Shown here: positions 10,443 to 20,042 of the stretch, one piece after another
Layout: each line of letters opens with the position of its first letter
Numbering within the stretch: the first letter of the stretch is position 1
Assembly (NCBI GenBank): GCA_963812135.1
Contig: CAWETU010000001.1
Span: 864,001-928,000 of the forward strand
Length of the DNA stretch: 64,000 bases
Source: Vulcanimicrobiota bacterium
GTDB lineage: Bacteria > Vulcanimicrobiota > Vulcanimicrobiia > Eremiobacterales > Eremiobacteraceae
Reading direction: 5' to 3'
The notes under the pieces: generated by a model
The model's input: only the letters and a program-made list of their open reading frames with translations
Told to the model about the DNA's origin: nothing
The model's database searches: none
Program-made: the position numbers and the translations under genes

Positions 10443-13400
10443 ATGCGTACATCGATCGGCCAGTGCATCATCGTGGCTCTGATATGCGTATGCTCAGTTT
10501 GGATTCCATCGCCGCCTGCCGCCGCCGGCACGACCGGTGCCATTCAGGGTTACGTTACCGACGAATCAGGCCTGGGCATCGCCGGCGTCAGGGTCGCCTT
10601 GGCATCGGCGTCGGGCGATTTCACCTCGACATCCGCGTCTGCGGGCTATTATGCTTTCAATGGACTGCCTCTTGACACGTACACGGTCACCTTTTCCAAG
10701 GATGGCTATGTAACGCAGTCAATTCGCGGCAACACGACGGTACAGGACCAAGCAATCCGCATAAGCGCCCGACTGAAGGCCGGCCTCAAGACGCTCGCTC
10801 GTATCAGCGTGCGCAGCTCGGAATCGCTCGTCCAGCCCACTGTCACTGCGGACACCTACGTTATCAGCGAGCAACGGTTGTCAGATATCCTGGGGATGCC
10901 GCAGGCGCTCAACAACCCTCCGGGTCTTTCGGGTCCCGGCACTAATCCCCAGGTATTCAACGCGCTACCCGGCGTCATGCCAGATGCCGGCGGCTTTCCG
11001 ACGATCCGCGGCGACAGCGGAGTGGGATACCAGTTCGAGGGGGTCGATTGGGGGGGAGGCTTATTGACGTTTTCTGGCGTTCATAGCGTGCAGCTCACGA
11101 CGGGAGGCTATGACGTCAGCAACGGTAACGCGACCGCCGGCGTGATAAACGAGGTGATCAAGAGGGGGACGTATCCAGGTCACGGCCAGGTCACATTTTC
11201 GATCGCCAACCCACAGTACGGTCATAACATCTCATTCGAGTACGGCGACGCGACCGAGAACAACCGGTTTAGCTATTACCTGTCCTTTTCCGGTATGCGA
11301 GACGCCGTGAACTATGGCGATCCAAGGCCGTTTCCGCTTATGGTCGGTTTCACCACTTTCAACTCACTGAACGACAACGTCATCAACCTCCTTTATCATT
11401 TCGGTAACGGGAACAGCAACGAGCTTCAATTCGAGACGCGCATCAGTACAATCACCGTCCCCTTTAACTATTTGGCTCTGCCCGCGCTTGCGCCGTACGC
11501 GTCAAACAACGGCGTCGTAGAGGCGTCGTCCGACCCGTTTGGCTTCGGACAGCCGTCGACGTTCCAAAGCAACTACATCACATTCATGCCCGGGCAAGCC
11601 GCGTATCAGCAGAACACCAACCAGGCCGACACCGAAACGGACAACGCGGCCGTCGGCAAGCTCGGTTTCAAACGGCAGCTGACAGCGTCGAGTTTTGTAG
11701 AGCTGCGCATCTTCGAGAATTATGACACTAGCGTCGTTTGGGCTGCCTACAATCAAGGGGCATTCAGCGATTTTTACCGCGACCGGCATGCGAAAGCGTT
11801 CGGAGAAGCGTTCGACTACACGAACCAGCTCAGCAGCAAGCACGAGCTCAGCTTCGGCGGCACCGGCACGTACGAGACCATCTCTGAGGTACAGGGGGGT
11901 GCGAGCTCCGACCCGTTCCTCGAACCCCTCGAGGGCCTGGGTTGCCCAAAGCTCGCCGGCTACTTGGCGGCGAACACGGGCCTAACTGGGTTCCCCCAAG
12001 TGTCTACGTCGGGCGTAGGCGGGTGCTATATCGGCCCCTACAACAATGCGATCAACAACGCTTTCGTTGCGCGAGGGTTCCCGAATCCCGGGTTGCCGAC
12101 CGATCCGGGCAACGCGCCTTTGAACATCTACGTGACATCACGCGGCGTAGTCGCCGATCCGGTCCACCGCTGGGACCTGTATGTCAAGGATCGCTGGCAA
12201 CCCAACGAACGGCTCACCGTCACGCTCGGCCTGCGTTGGGACAAAGAGGTGGTTGAGATGCCAGCCAACGCCGGCGAGCTGGACTCGACATACTATTTCG
12301 ACGACGGCGGCAATCTCGTCACGCTTCCGGGGCAGCCGATCGCCAAGGAGGTGACGCACCCGCAGCAGATCAGTCCGCGGGTCGCCGCGAGCTACGCGCT
12401 AACCGTGCGCGACGCGTTGCGCTTTTCGTATGGGACGAATATCCAGTTCGTCAATATCGCGCAACTCGAAAACGCGTATCAGGTGCCCGCATCGCTGCAG
12501 AGCTGCAACATCGCCAATGGATGTTTCATCCCCCTGCCGGGGTTTGGCACGACCAACCACGTCACCAACCTCTACCAACAAGTCTTGCTGGATCTTAACA
12601 CCAATGCAACCTTGCCGTACCAGCCAGTGCTCCCACAAACCGCCATCAACCTCGACTTCTCCTACGGGCATGCTTTTGGCCGAGGCGTCGAGATGCGCTT
12701 GACCCCTTACTATCGCAAAGGCTCAAACTATGCGGTCGGGATCTCGACGCCATTGCTCGTGTTGCCGAGCGGAAGGCCAATCTATAGCCCTGGTCGCCTC
12801 GTGAACGGGGGCATCAATAAGAGCACCGGCATCGAGTTCGCGCTGCAGCGCAATGCAGCATACGGATTTTCGGGACTGGTCGATGCCACATACAACAACA
12901 CCATCGCGAACGACGCGGACTGGATCGCCGGCAGCGCGGCGTTCGTCTCGGGCCGTTTTTTCCATGTGTCAGACGTGGCGCCGTTCAATGGCGCGCTGAA
13001 CCTAGTTTACAACACACATAAGGGATTGCACGTCTCTACGACGATCTCGTTCGATTCCGGTTTGCGCTACGGCGTGGGCAAGAAAACGTTTATCTTCGAC
13101 CCCAACGGCAAACCGGTTCAGGTGCTCAACACTGACTTAGCAACCTGGGTCGGGTTCGCTTATTACGTGACTGATCCGACGAACCCAGGCACGGTCTACG
13201 CGCCGAACATCGTCGCGTCGCGGGGTACCCCTGAAGGCGATGATCCCTTCACTCTGTACGGGACGCCGACCACCATCGTCAATCTGTCCATTTCACAGTC
13301 ATTGGGTGCGGGACCAAGTAATTTTCAGGTCGGCGTCGGAGCGGAGAACCTCTTCGCCAACTACGGGTCTGCCGATACTTCGGTAAATACATCATATGGG

Positions 13401-13574
13401 TTCTCCGGTTATGGCAACGGTGGGCTGCCCTCGGGCGTGAACAGTAGCGCTTGTGGCCCCGGCCAAACGCTCGGCTGCCAGCCGTTCCAATATAACTTTG
13501 GCGCTGATCCTTACGAAAGAAGTCCATTCGGGCCGCCGCGCATGTTCACGTTTTTCGTCAGCGCGAAATTCTGA
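10443..13574 (+). CDS. TonB-dependent receptor (Oar-like, N-terminal carboxypeptidase regulatory-like domain)
   Basis: Signal peptide, TTGAIQGYVTD, YAFNGLPLDTYTV, LYVKDRWQ...LTVTLGLRWD, terminal Phe. Confidence 0.9.
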   Translation: MRTSIGQCIIVALICVCSVWIPSPPAAAGTTGAIQGYVTDESGLGIAGVRVALASASGDFTSTSASAGYYAFNGLPLDTYTVTFSKDGYVTQSIRGNTTVQDQAIRISARLKAGLKTLARISVRSSESLVQPTVTADTYVISEQRLSDILGMPQALNNPPGLSGPGTNPQVFNALPGVMPDAGGFPTIRGDSGVGYQFEGVDWGGGLLTFSGVHSVQLTTGGYDVSNGNATAGVINEVIKRGTYPGHGQVTFSIANPQYGHNISFEYGDATENNRFSYYLSFSGMRDAVNYGDPRPFPLMVGFTTFNSLNDNVINLLYHFGNGNSNELQFETRISTITVPFNYLALPALAPYASNNGVVEASSDPFGFGQPSTFQSNYITFMPGQAAYQQNTNQADTETDNAAVGKLGFKRQLTASSFVELRIFENYDTSVVWAAYNQGAFSDFYRDRHAKAFGEAFDYTNQLSSKHELSFGGTGTYETISEVQGGASSDPFLEPLEGLGCPKLAGYLAANTGLTGFPQVSTSGVGGCYIGPYNNAINNAFVARGFPNPGLPTDPGNAPLNIYVTSRGVVADPVHRWDLYVKDRWQPNERLTVTLGLRWDKEVVEMPANAGELDSTYYFDDGGNLVTLPGQPIAKEVTHPQQISPRVAASYALTVRDALRFSYGTNIQFVNIAQLENAYQVPASLQSCNIANGCFIPLPGFGTTNHVTNLYQQVLLDLNTNATLPYQPVLPQTAINLDFSYGHAFGRGVEMRLTPYYRKGSNYAVGISTPLLVLPSGRPIYSPGRLVNGGINKSTGIEFALQRNAAYGFSGLVDATYNNTIANDADWIAGSAAFVSGRFFHVSDVAPFNGALNLVYNTHKGLHVSTTISFDSGLRYGVGKKTFIFDPNGKPVQVLNTDLATWVGFAYYVTDPTNPGTVYAPNIVASRGTPEGDDPFTLYGTPTTIVNLSISQSLGAGPSNFQVGVGAENLFANYGSADTSVNTSYGFSGYGNGGLPSGVNSSACGPGQTLGCQPFQYNFGADPYERSPFGPPRMFTFFVSAKF

Positions 13575-13690
13575 GGGCGACTTTCGACTTTCAGTCCTAT
13601 TAAGAAGCAGCCGCCAATTCTGAGACCGTCGGCTACTTCCCATTGGGAGCGATCGTCGTGTGCTCGATGGTCAAGCCCGCCGACATGCGA

Positions 13691-15322
13691 TCAGTTTAGT
13701 CCGACTTGTCCTGACTCTGAGCGGGAGGGCTTGCGCAGCACCAGCTCGACCTCACCGTCATCCGCGATGATCACCTCATCCGCGCCGACGGGCGCGCCGC
13801 GCTTGCGTTGCGCCAGCGTGCACACGACGCCGGCGATGTCGATTGTGCCGCGCGCTCCCTCGCCCATCGCCAGTCCCGTGATGAGCGGCGCGGCTAGCGC
13901 CGCGGCCGAGTACGACGCGCGGATGCGGAAATGTCGCTCCACCTGTTTCGCCGTGTTGGGATCAGCAATGCGCATGACGACAGGCAGGTCGGGGGCGTCG
14001 GTCAGGGCGGTCAGCGCGACCTCCAAGTTCGCGCTATCGCTGTCGGTGACTGCGAGCAGCGCGGCCGCATGCGAAACGCGAGCCAGGTCTTGCGCCGGCT
14101 CGCTCGTCGCGTCGGCGGTCATCACGTGAACGCCCTGCGCGCGCACCTCAGCGGCCAGCGGCTCGTTCGGCGTGCGCTCGATGACGACGACCCGATGGCC
14201 GGCGCTGACGAGGTACTGTGTCGCGCGCGCGCCGACGTTGCCGAAGCCGGCCACCACGATATGTCCGTGGCCGGCCGCCGGGTGCCGCCCTTGCGCGAAT
14301 TCGAGCGAGCGCCGCGTGATGGTGGCGGTCAGATAGGCGAGCAGCGTGCCGGTGATCGCGATGCCGCCGAACATCACGAGTATGCCGACGGCTTTTGAGG
14401 CGTCGTCAGCGCGTAGCAGCGTGATGTCGCCAAAACCGGTCGTCGTCGCCGTGGTCATGACGAAATAGAACGCGTCGAACAGCCGCAGCCCCAACTTGTA
14501 GTGGAAAAAGATCGTGGCGAACGCGAGCAGCCCGAACAGCGACGCGAACAGCGCTGCCAACACGGGGTCGAAACGCCGGTGCACCAGGCGCTGCCACAGG
14601 GTTTCTCGCGGCCGGCCCGGTTCGCGCCGGGGTGTCGTCTGCCGATCCGGCAACCCCTTGGGAGCGTGTTCGAGCAGACATGCGACGGTCACGACGGCGC
14701 CCGCGCGAATCGACGTGGATTCGTCCGGGAACGGGTGCTGATCAATCGCGAGCACATGCCAGCGGCGCTGCGCTTCAAGCTCTCCGACGGCACGATCGAC
14801 GCAATCAAACGCTTCGCTCGGTGCGCGGCAAAACGTCAATAGGTGTTCGGAATAGCGCGGAAATTCGATCGCTTGATAGACGGTCGGATTCAAGCATGAG
14901 GCGGCGAAGGTGGCGGCCGAGAAATTCTCCGGACTAACGGACTCGCTGTCTTTGAGGTTGCTCACGATCTTGCGACCGAGCCAGCGGTTGAACTGGCGCA
15001 GCACGACGCGGATCTGCGGATTGAGATCGCGCGCGGCGAGCACGATACGCAGATTGAGCTGATCGTCCAACGTCATCGCGACGATCGTGGCCGCGCGCTG
15101 CACGCCGGCGCGGGTCAGGATAGCGTCGCGACGGGCATCGCCGGTGACGTGCGAGATGAGGGCGTGATCGAGCTCGACTTCTTGCAGGCGGCTTTCCCAC
15201 ACGGCGCACACGCGCTTTCCCGCACGCGCAAGCCCGCGGCAGACTTCGGCCCCGAGCTCGTCGTGACCGAGCACGACGATGACGTCGACGGTCTCACCCG
15301 CTCGGTGGGTCGTTTCGGTCAC
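13691..15322 (-). CDS. potassium channel with two TrkA-N/RCK domains
   Basis: Pore motif TTTGFGD; Rossmann motifs VLGHDELG and VAGFGNVG. Confidence 0.85.
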   Translation of the reverse strand: MTETTHRAGETVDVIVVLGHDELGAEVCRGLARAGKRVCAVWESRLQEVELDHALISHVTGDARRDAILTRAGVQRAATIVAMTLDDQLNLRIVLAARDLNPQIRVVLRQFNRWLGRKIVSNLKDSESVSPENFSAATFAASCLNPTVYQAIEFPRYSEHLLTFCRAPSEAFDCVDRAVGELEAQRRWHVLAIDQHPFPDESTSIRAGAVVTVACLLEHAPKGLPDRQTTPRREPGRPRETLWQRLVHRRFDPVLAALFASLFGLLAFATIFFHYKLGLRLFDAFYFVMTTATTTGFGDITLLRADDASKAVGILVMFGGIAITGTLLAYLTATITRRSLEFAQGRHPAAGHGHIVVAGFGNVGARATQYLVSAGHRVVVIERTPNEPLAAEVRAQGVHVMTADATSEPAQDLARVSHAAALLAVTDSDSANLEVALTALTDAPDLPVVMRIADPNTAKQVERHFRIRASYSAAALAAPLITGLAMGEGARGTIDIAGVVCTLAQRKRGAPVGADEVIIADDGEVELVLRKPSRSESGQVGLN

Positions 15323-15457
15323 ACTTTGACCTCCGGCAGGGCGGGCTTCGTCGCCAGCCAGAGGCGTCCCGTTGCCCTGGATTCCCGGGGCCAGATGCCG
15401 ATGATTGTAGAGGGGACTACCAACCCGTGAGCATTAGGCATGGCCGGGAGAGTTTGA

Positions 15458-15907
15458 GTGCCGAGATCAAGGCGCTGGACCACGGAAATCGGTCCACAAG
15501 AGTCGACGTCGCAGTTCAGCAGGGGCACGACGAAATGGGAGCCCACGCTCGCATTTCCTAAGAGCGGCGCCCACCGCGCGACGATCGGCGACCGGCTTTT
15601 CGCGGAAGTCCACATCGACGTCAAAGTACAACAAGAGCGCGGCGCCAGCCATGACGGCTTCGACGGCACGACGACGCGCTCGGTTCAGCCGTTCATCGAA
15701 AGCATCGTCTACGATTATCTCGGCGTCGAGGCCGAGCGGACGTTGGTAGTGCGGGAAACCTCACGCCAGGGCGAGCGCATCGATCGCGCCACGCTCTACG
15801 TGCGGCTCACCGCAGATGGGCCTACCAAGATCCGGTTCGCCTCGGGCGTCGTCAGCGTGATCGTGGACGACGAGCAGGTCGCGATCGTGCGCTGGCTCGG
15901 CCCGTAG
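15458..15907 (+). CDS. hypothetical protein
   Basis: 149 aa ORF filling the gap, GGAG upstream. Confidence 0.5.
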   Translation: MPRSRRWTTEIGPQESTSQFSRGTTKWEPTLAFPKSGAHRATIGDRLFAEVHIDVKVQQERGASHDGFDGTTTRSVQPFIESIVYDYLGVEAERTLVVRETSRQGERIDRATLYVRLTADGPTKIRFASGVVSVIVDDEQVAIVRWLGP

Positions 15908-15943
15908 GAAAAGCAGCCTACTAGAACAAACGTTCGGTATTCG

Positions 15944-17092
15944 ATGGGTGTCCTTAGTGCCCTCGGGGCCTTTATCGCGGTGGTCGTCTCGATCACGCCG
16001 GCCTTACCGGATTCCCTCATTTCCATTTACAACCGCGCCGCAACACTCAATGCGGCGCTTTTCTTTGCCACGCCGGACAAGACGACGTACGTCAGCACGG
16101 GCGACATCGACGCCATGTGGCTGCGCGATTCGAGCATCCAGGCCCGCTCGGTGCTGCACAACCGCCGGCTCGTGCGCGGGGTCATCGCGCGCCAGGAGCG
16201 GCTTATCGCGGTCGATCCATACGCCAACGCGTTCGACCGGAACTATCTGCCGGTAGAACGCAAGTTCGAGATCGACTCGCTGTGCTATCCGGTGCTATTG
16301 GCCGACGACTATGGCCGCGTCACGCACGACCGGGGCGTGTACGATTACGCGTTCTTGGGCGAACTGCGCGCCGTGTTGCAAACGCTTGCGATCGAGCAGC
16401 ACCACGCGACGATGTCGAGCTACCATCATAACGAGAAGCGGATCGACCCGAACACCGGGCTGATCTGGAGCGCGTATCGGCCGAGCGACGAGGCGCAGTC
16501 GTACAATTTCAACATCCCGGAGAACATGCTTGCGTCGGTCACGCTGCGCACTATCTCCCGAGTGTTGCGCGAGCTGTACAACGACGCGCCGGAGGCGCAG
16601 CGCGCGGACGGGGTCGCGGATCGCATCGACGACGCGATCCGTCAGCGGGCGGTCATCAACACGATGGTGGGCCGCATCTACGCGTATGAGATCGATGGCC
16701 TGGGGCACGCGAAGTTCATGGACGACGCCAACACCCCGAGCCTGCTGTCGGTCCCGCTGTTCGGATATCCGGTCGACCCCGCTGTATACGCGAGCACGCG
16801 GCGCTTTGTCCTCAGCCCCGCGAATCCGTATTACTATCGCGGCCGCTACGCCGCCGGCATCGGCAGCTCGCACACGCCCGACAACTATGTCTGGCCGCTG
16901 AGCCTCGTTGTCCAATATCGCACCGCGCTCGACAATGCCGAGCGTCGCGGTTTGGTCAAAGCGCTGGCCGCGTCAAGCGCTGGAGACGGCGCGCTGCACG
17001 AGTCGTTCAACGTGAACGATCCACGCAAGTATACGCGCGAGAGCTTCGGCTGGGTGAACGCCTTCTTCGAACAGACCTTCAAGAAAGAGTAG
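15944..17092 (+). CDS. glycoside hydrolase family 125 (exo-alpha-1,6-mannosidase-like)
   Basis: TGDIDAMWLRDS, ERKFEIDSL, RPSDE, MDDANTPSLLS, GIGSSHT, HESF; N-terminal signal-like segment. Confidence 0.9.
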   Translation: MGVLSALGAFIAVVVSITPALPDSLISIYNRAATLNAALFFATPDKTTYVSTGDIDAMWLRDSSIQARSVLHNRRLVRGVIARQERLIAVDPYANAFDRNYLPVERKFEIDSLCYPVLLADDYGRVTHDRGVYDYAFLGELRAVLQTLAIEQHHATMSSYHHNEKRIDPNTGLIWSAYRPSDEAQSYNFNIPENMLASVTLRTISRVLRELYNDAPEAQRADGVADRIDDAIRQRAVINTMVGRIYAYEIDGLGHAKFMDDANTPSLLSVPLFGYPVDPAVYASTRRFVLSPANPYYYRGRYAAGIGSSHTPDNYVWPLSLVVQYRTALDNAERRGLVKALAASSAGDGALHESFNVNDPRKYTRESFGWVNAFFEQTFKKE

Positions 17093-17112
17093 CGGTCGAA
17101 TTTATTCGACCG
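17089..17112 (+). repeat. GTAG-type REP palindrome copy 1
   Basis: GTAGCGGTCGAATTTATTCGACCG; related copies at 57827, 62141 and 63610. Confidence 0.8.
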
Positions 17113-18201
17113 TCACGGACGCACACCGGGCGGCAGATCGATAGACGACGGCAGCCCGATGCGCGTGCCCGCCACGCCCGCAGGCCAGGCGCTCGAGCGG
17201 ATCTTGCCGGCCAGCATGTCGTGCCACGCCGAATCCAGCGTTGGCGCCAGCGTCACGATCGAATGCGTGCCGCCAGGCACGATGTAGAGCCCGGTGGGAA
17301 CGCCGACGCTGTTCAAATAGATGGCCGTGTTCTGCGGGTACACCGTCGGAATGCTCTCGTCGGCGGTGCCCGTGATGACGTAGATCGGCGTATGCTGAAA
17401 TGCGTTGCGGACCAGCTCGATCTCGCTCCCCAGAGCGGCGCCGGCGATGGACATCACGGCGGCCCAGCGTGACGGGTTGAGCCGGCCGACCTTGAAGACG
17501 GAGAAGCCGCCCATCGAGTAGCCTGCGAGGTACACGCGTTTGGCGGGCACGTGATAGAGCGCGGCGATCTGATCGGCGACCTGATAGACTTCGTCGTCGG
17601 CGGGCGCGGCATAGTCATAGATGGCTCGCCCATAGGGCGCCACGATGATCGCTCCGCTTTCATCGGCGAACTTTCGAAAATATTGGCTTGAGAGGATCTC
17701 CGCGTCGGTCTGCGGATGTCCATGCAGCAGCACGACCAGTGGTGGCTCGGCGACGAGATGCGAGGGCACGTAGAGCGCAAACGGCGCGAGCATGCCGTCT
17801 CGGCGCGAGACGACGAGCCGTTCGACCAAACCTTGGACGCCCGCAACGGGCGCGGATCTGCCGGCCAGCACTTGGGCGACGAGGCTTGAATCGATATCCG
17901 CCTGCAGGGCGATTCGCGCGCGCCACTCGTCGTTGTTGTAGCCTGGCGGCGGGGTCGCGTCTGACATCCACCCGAGATCGGTGTCTAGGCGCTCCTCGAG
18001 GTCGGCGGCTTGGTCGGCGCCCATCCTGCGCGCGACGGTTTCGTAATTCGCCGAGAGGCGGGTCTGCGCGCTGCTCAGTTCATCGTGGGGCGAGGGCTCG
18101 GCCGCGCTCGGCACCCCCGATACGCCCGCGATTGCGCATGCCGACAATGCAACGGCCGCGATCATCGCGCGCGGCCTCAACGTGCGCCTACGGTGATCCA
18201 T
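17113..18201 (-). CDS. secreted alpha/beta hydrolase (esterase/PHB-depolymerase-like)
   Basis: PLVVLLHG, GYSMGG nucleophile elbow, GTAD, GTH. Start set at ATG 18201. Confidence 0.8.
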   Translation of the reverse strand: MDHRRRTLRPRAMIAAVALSACAIAGVSGVPSAAEPSPHDELSSAQTRLSANYETVARRMGADQAADLEERLDTDLGWMSDATPPPGYNNDEWRARIALQADIDSSLVAQVLAGRSAPVAGVQGLVERLVVSRRDGMLAPFALYVPSHLVAEPPLVVLLHGHPQTDAEILSSQYFRKFADESGAIIVAPYGRAIYDYAAPADDEVYQVADQIAALYHVPAKRVYLAGYSMGGFSVFKVGRLNPSRWAAVMSIAGAALGSEIELVRNAFQHTPIYVITGTADESIPTVYPQNTAIYLNSVGVPTGLYIVPGGTHSIVTLAPTLDSAWHDMLAGKIRSSAWPAGVAGTRIGLPSSIDLPPGVRP

Positions 18202-18284
18202 GGATGTGGATATTCCGGTGTGTCGCACACGACCATGCGGATGGCACGTCTTTGGCACGCGGCGCGTAATCGCGCGAGCGGCTG

Positions 18285-20024
18285 TTACAGACCCGTATAC
18301 ACGGGGCCGCCGCCGCCTTCGGGCGGCACCCAGTCGATGATCTGATACGGATCCATGATGTCGCACGTCTTGCAGTGCACGCAGTTGGCAAAGTTGATGC
18401 GCAACCGCTTGCGCGAATCGGCGAAGCCGTCCTTGGTTATTTGCGGGGCCTCGGTCGCCGCCGGGATCATCTCGTAGACGTTCGCCGGACAGAAGTACTG
18501 GCACGGGTTGCCGAATTCGGTGGCGCAGCGCGTGGCGCAGACATCGGTGTTGGCGACGAGGAGGTGCGTGGGCGAATCCTCTTCGTGCGTGGTGCCGCTG
18601 CGATACACGTCATCCAGCTTTGAGAACGTCAGCTTGTTGTCGTAGACCGGCCGCTCGAAGCCCGGCACGTTGCGCCCGAAATAGTCGACGAGCTTTTCCA
18701 TCCGGGCGTAGCCTTCTTTGCCTTGGAGACGGTCGTGGACGCCGAATCCGCGGCCGCCGGTGACCATGCCGAGCGACACGTTGAACAGTCCGGCAAGGCG
18801 CCCGCCCTCAAAGCCCTGGTGGAAATTGCGCGCGGCATACAGATCGGCGCGGATCCACGAGCTGGCGATGCGCTGCTCGTATGCGGCAAGGGTTGCGGCC
18901 GACGAATCGCCTTTGACGATGGCCTCGAACACGGTTTCGGCGGCGAGCATGCCCGACTTGATCGCGAGGTGGATGCCCTTGAGCTTCATCGGGTTGAGCA
19001 TCCCGGCGCTGTCGCCGACGAGCACGACGCCATCCGCATATGGCCGCGGCATCGCGAACCAGCCGCCCTCGGGGATCGCCTTTGCGCCGTAACGGAACAT
19101 CTGGCCGCCGTCGAGCAGCTTGGCGACGCTGGGATGTTGCTTGAACTTTTGGAATTCGGCGTGCGGCTCGAGCAGCGGATTCTTGTAGTCGAGTCCGACG
19201 ACGAAGCCGACGTCCCAGATGTCGTCGGCCATCGAGTAGATGAAGCCGCCGCCAAAGGTATCGTTGTCGAGCGGCTCGCCCAGCGTATGGATCACCTGGC
19301 CGGCGGGCGTCGAGCCCTTGGGCATCTGCCAGAGCTCTTTGATGCCGATCGAATAGACTTGCGGATGTTTGCCTTGCGTGAGCGCCGGCAGCTTGCGGCC
19401 GAGCTGCTTGGCCAGCGTGCCGCGCGGCCCTTCGCCGAGCACCGTCACTTTGGCGATGAGATCCGGACCGGGCTCGTAATTGCGTTTGGGTTGCCGGTTC
19501 TTATCCAGTCCCTTGTCGCCGATGCGCACGCCGATGACGCGCTCGCCATCGTACAGCAGCTCTTGGCCGGGAAATTCGGGGAACACCTGAACGCCGAGCT
19601 CTTCGGCCTTGCTCGCAAGCCACTTGACGAGCTTGTTGAGGCTTGCGACGTACTTGCCGGAATTGTTCATCATTGGAGGTTGGAACGGCGCCTTGAGGTG
19701 GCCCGTCTTGGTCATGAACCAGAGCGAGTCTGATGTCACGGGTGATTCGACCGGGCATCCGGCCGCGAAAAAATCGCCGAACAGCTCGCGCATGCTGCGC
19801 GGATCCATCACCGCGCCCGAAATGCCGTGATCGCCGATCGCGCGCGCTTTGTCGATGACGAGGATGTTGTCGGCCGAGAGCTCGGGACCGGGCTTGGTGC
19901 CCGCCTTTACCGCGGCGTTATGCTCGGCGTAGAGCTGCGCGAGCCGGATGGCGCCGGCAAGACTCGCCGGCCCAGCGCCGACGAACACCGCATCGAGTTC
20001 GAGAAGATCGCGTTCCTGCGCCAC
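18285..20024 (-). CDS. electron transfer flavoprotein-ubiquinone oxidoreductase
   Basis: VGAGPAS, GAKAIPEGG, KGIHLAIKSG, C-terminal CPANVYE...NCVHCKTCDI Fe-S motif. Confidence 0.93.
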   Translation of the reverse strand: MAQERDLLELDAVFVGAGPASLAGAIRLAQLYAEHNAAVKAGTKPGPELSADNILVIDKARAIGDHGISGAVMDPRSMRELFGDFFAAGCPVESPVTSDSLWFMTKTGHLKAPFQPPMMNNSGKYVASLNKLVKWLASKAEELGVQVFPEFPGQELLYDGERVIGVRIGDKGLDKNRQPKRNYEPGPDLIAKVTVLGEGPRGTLAKQLGRKLPALTQGKHPQVYSIGIKELWQMPKGSTPAGQVIHTLGEPLDNDTFGGGFIYSMADDIWDVGFVVGLDYKNPLLEPHAEFQKFKQHPSVAKLLDGGQMFRYGAKAIPEGGWFAMPRPYADGVVLVGDSAGMLNPMKLKGIHLAIKSGMLAAETVFEAIVKGDSSAATLAAYEQRIASSWIRADLYAARNFHQGFEGGRLAGLFNVSLGMVTGGRGFGVHDRLQGKEGYARMEKLVDYFGRNVPGFERPVYDNKLTFSKLDDVYRSGTTHEEDSPTHLLVANTDVCATRCATEFGNPCQYFCPANVYEMIPAATEAPQITKDGFADSRKRLRINFANCVHCKTCDIMDPYQIIDWVPPEGGGGPVYTGL

Positions 20025-20042
20025 AACGCGACGGCGATGTGG

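Noticed and set aside
11050..11056. G7 tract in the TonB-dependent receptor as a phase-variation site
   Set aside because: Short, in frame (WGGG) and unremarkable at this GC content.
19575..19590. GGGAACACC as a fourth copy of the 28-bp site
   Set aside because: It lies inside the ETF-QO coding sequence (VFPEF) and the rest of the 28-mer does not match.
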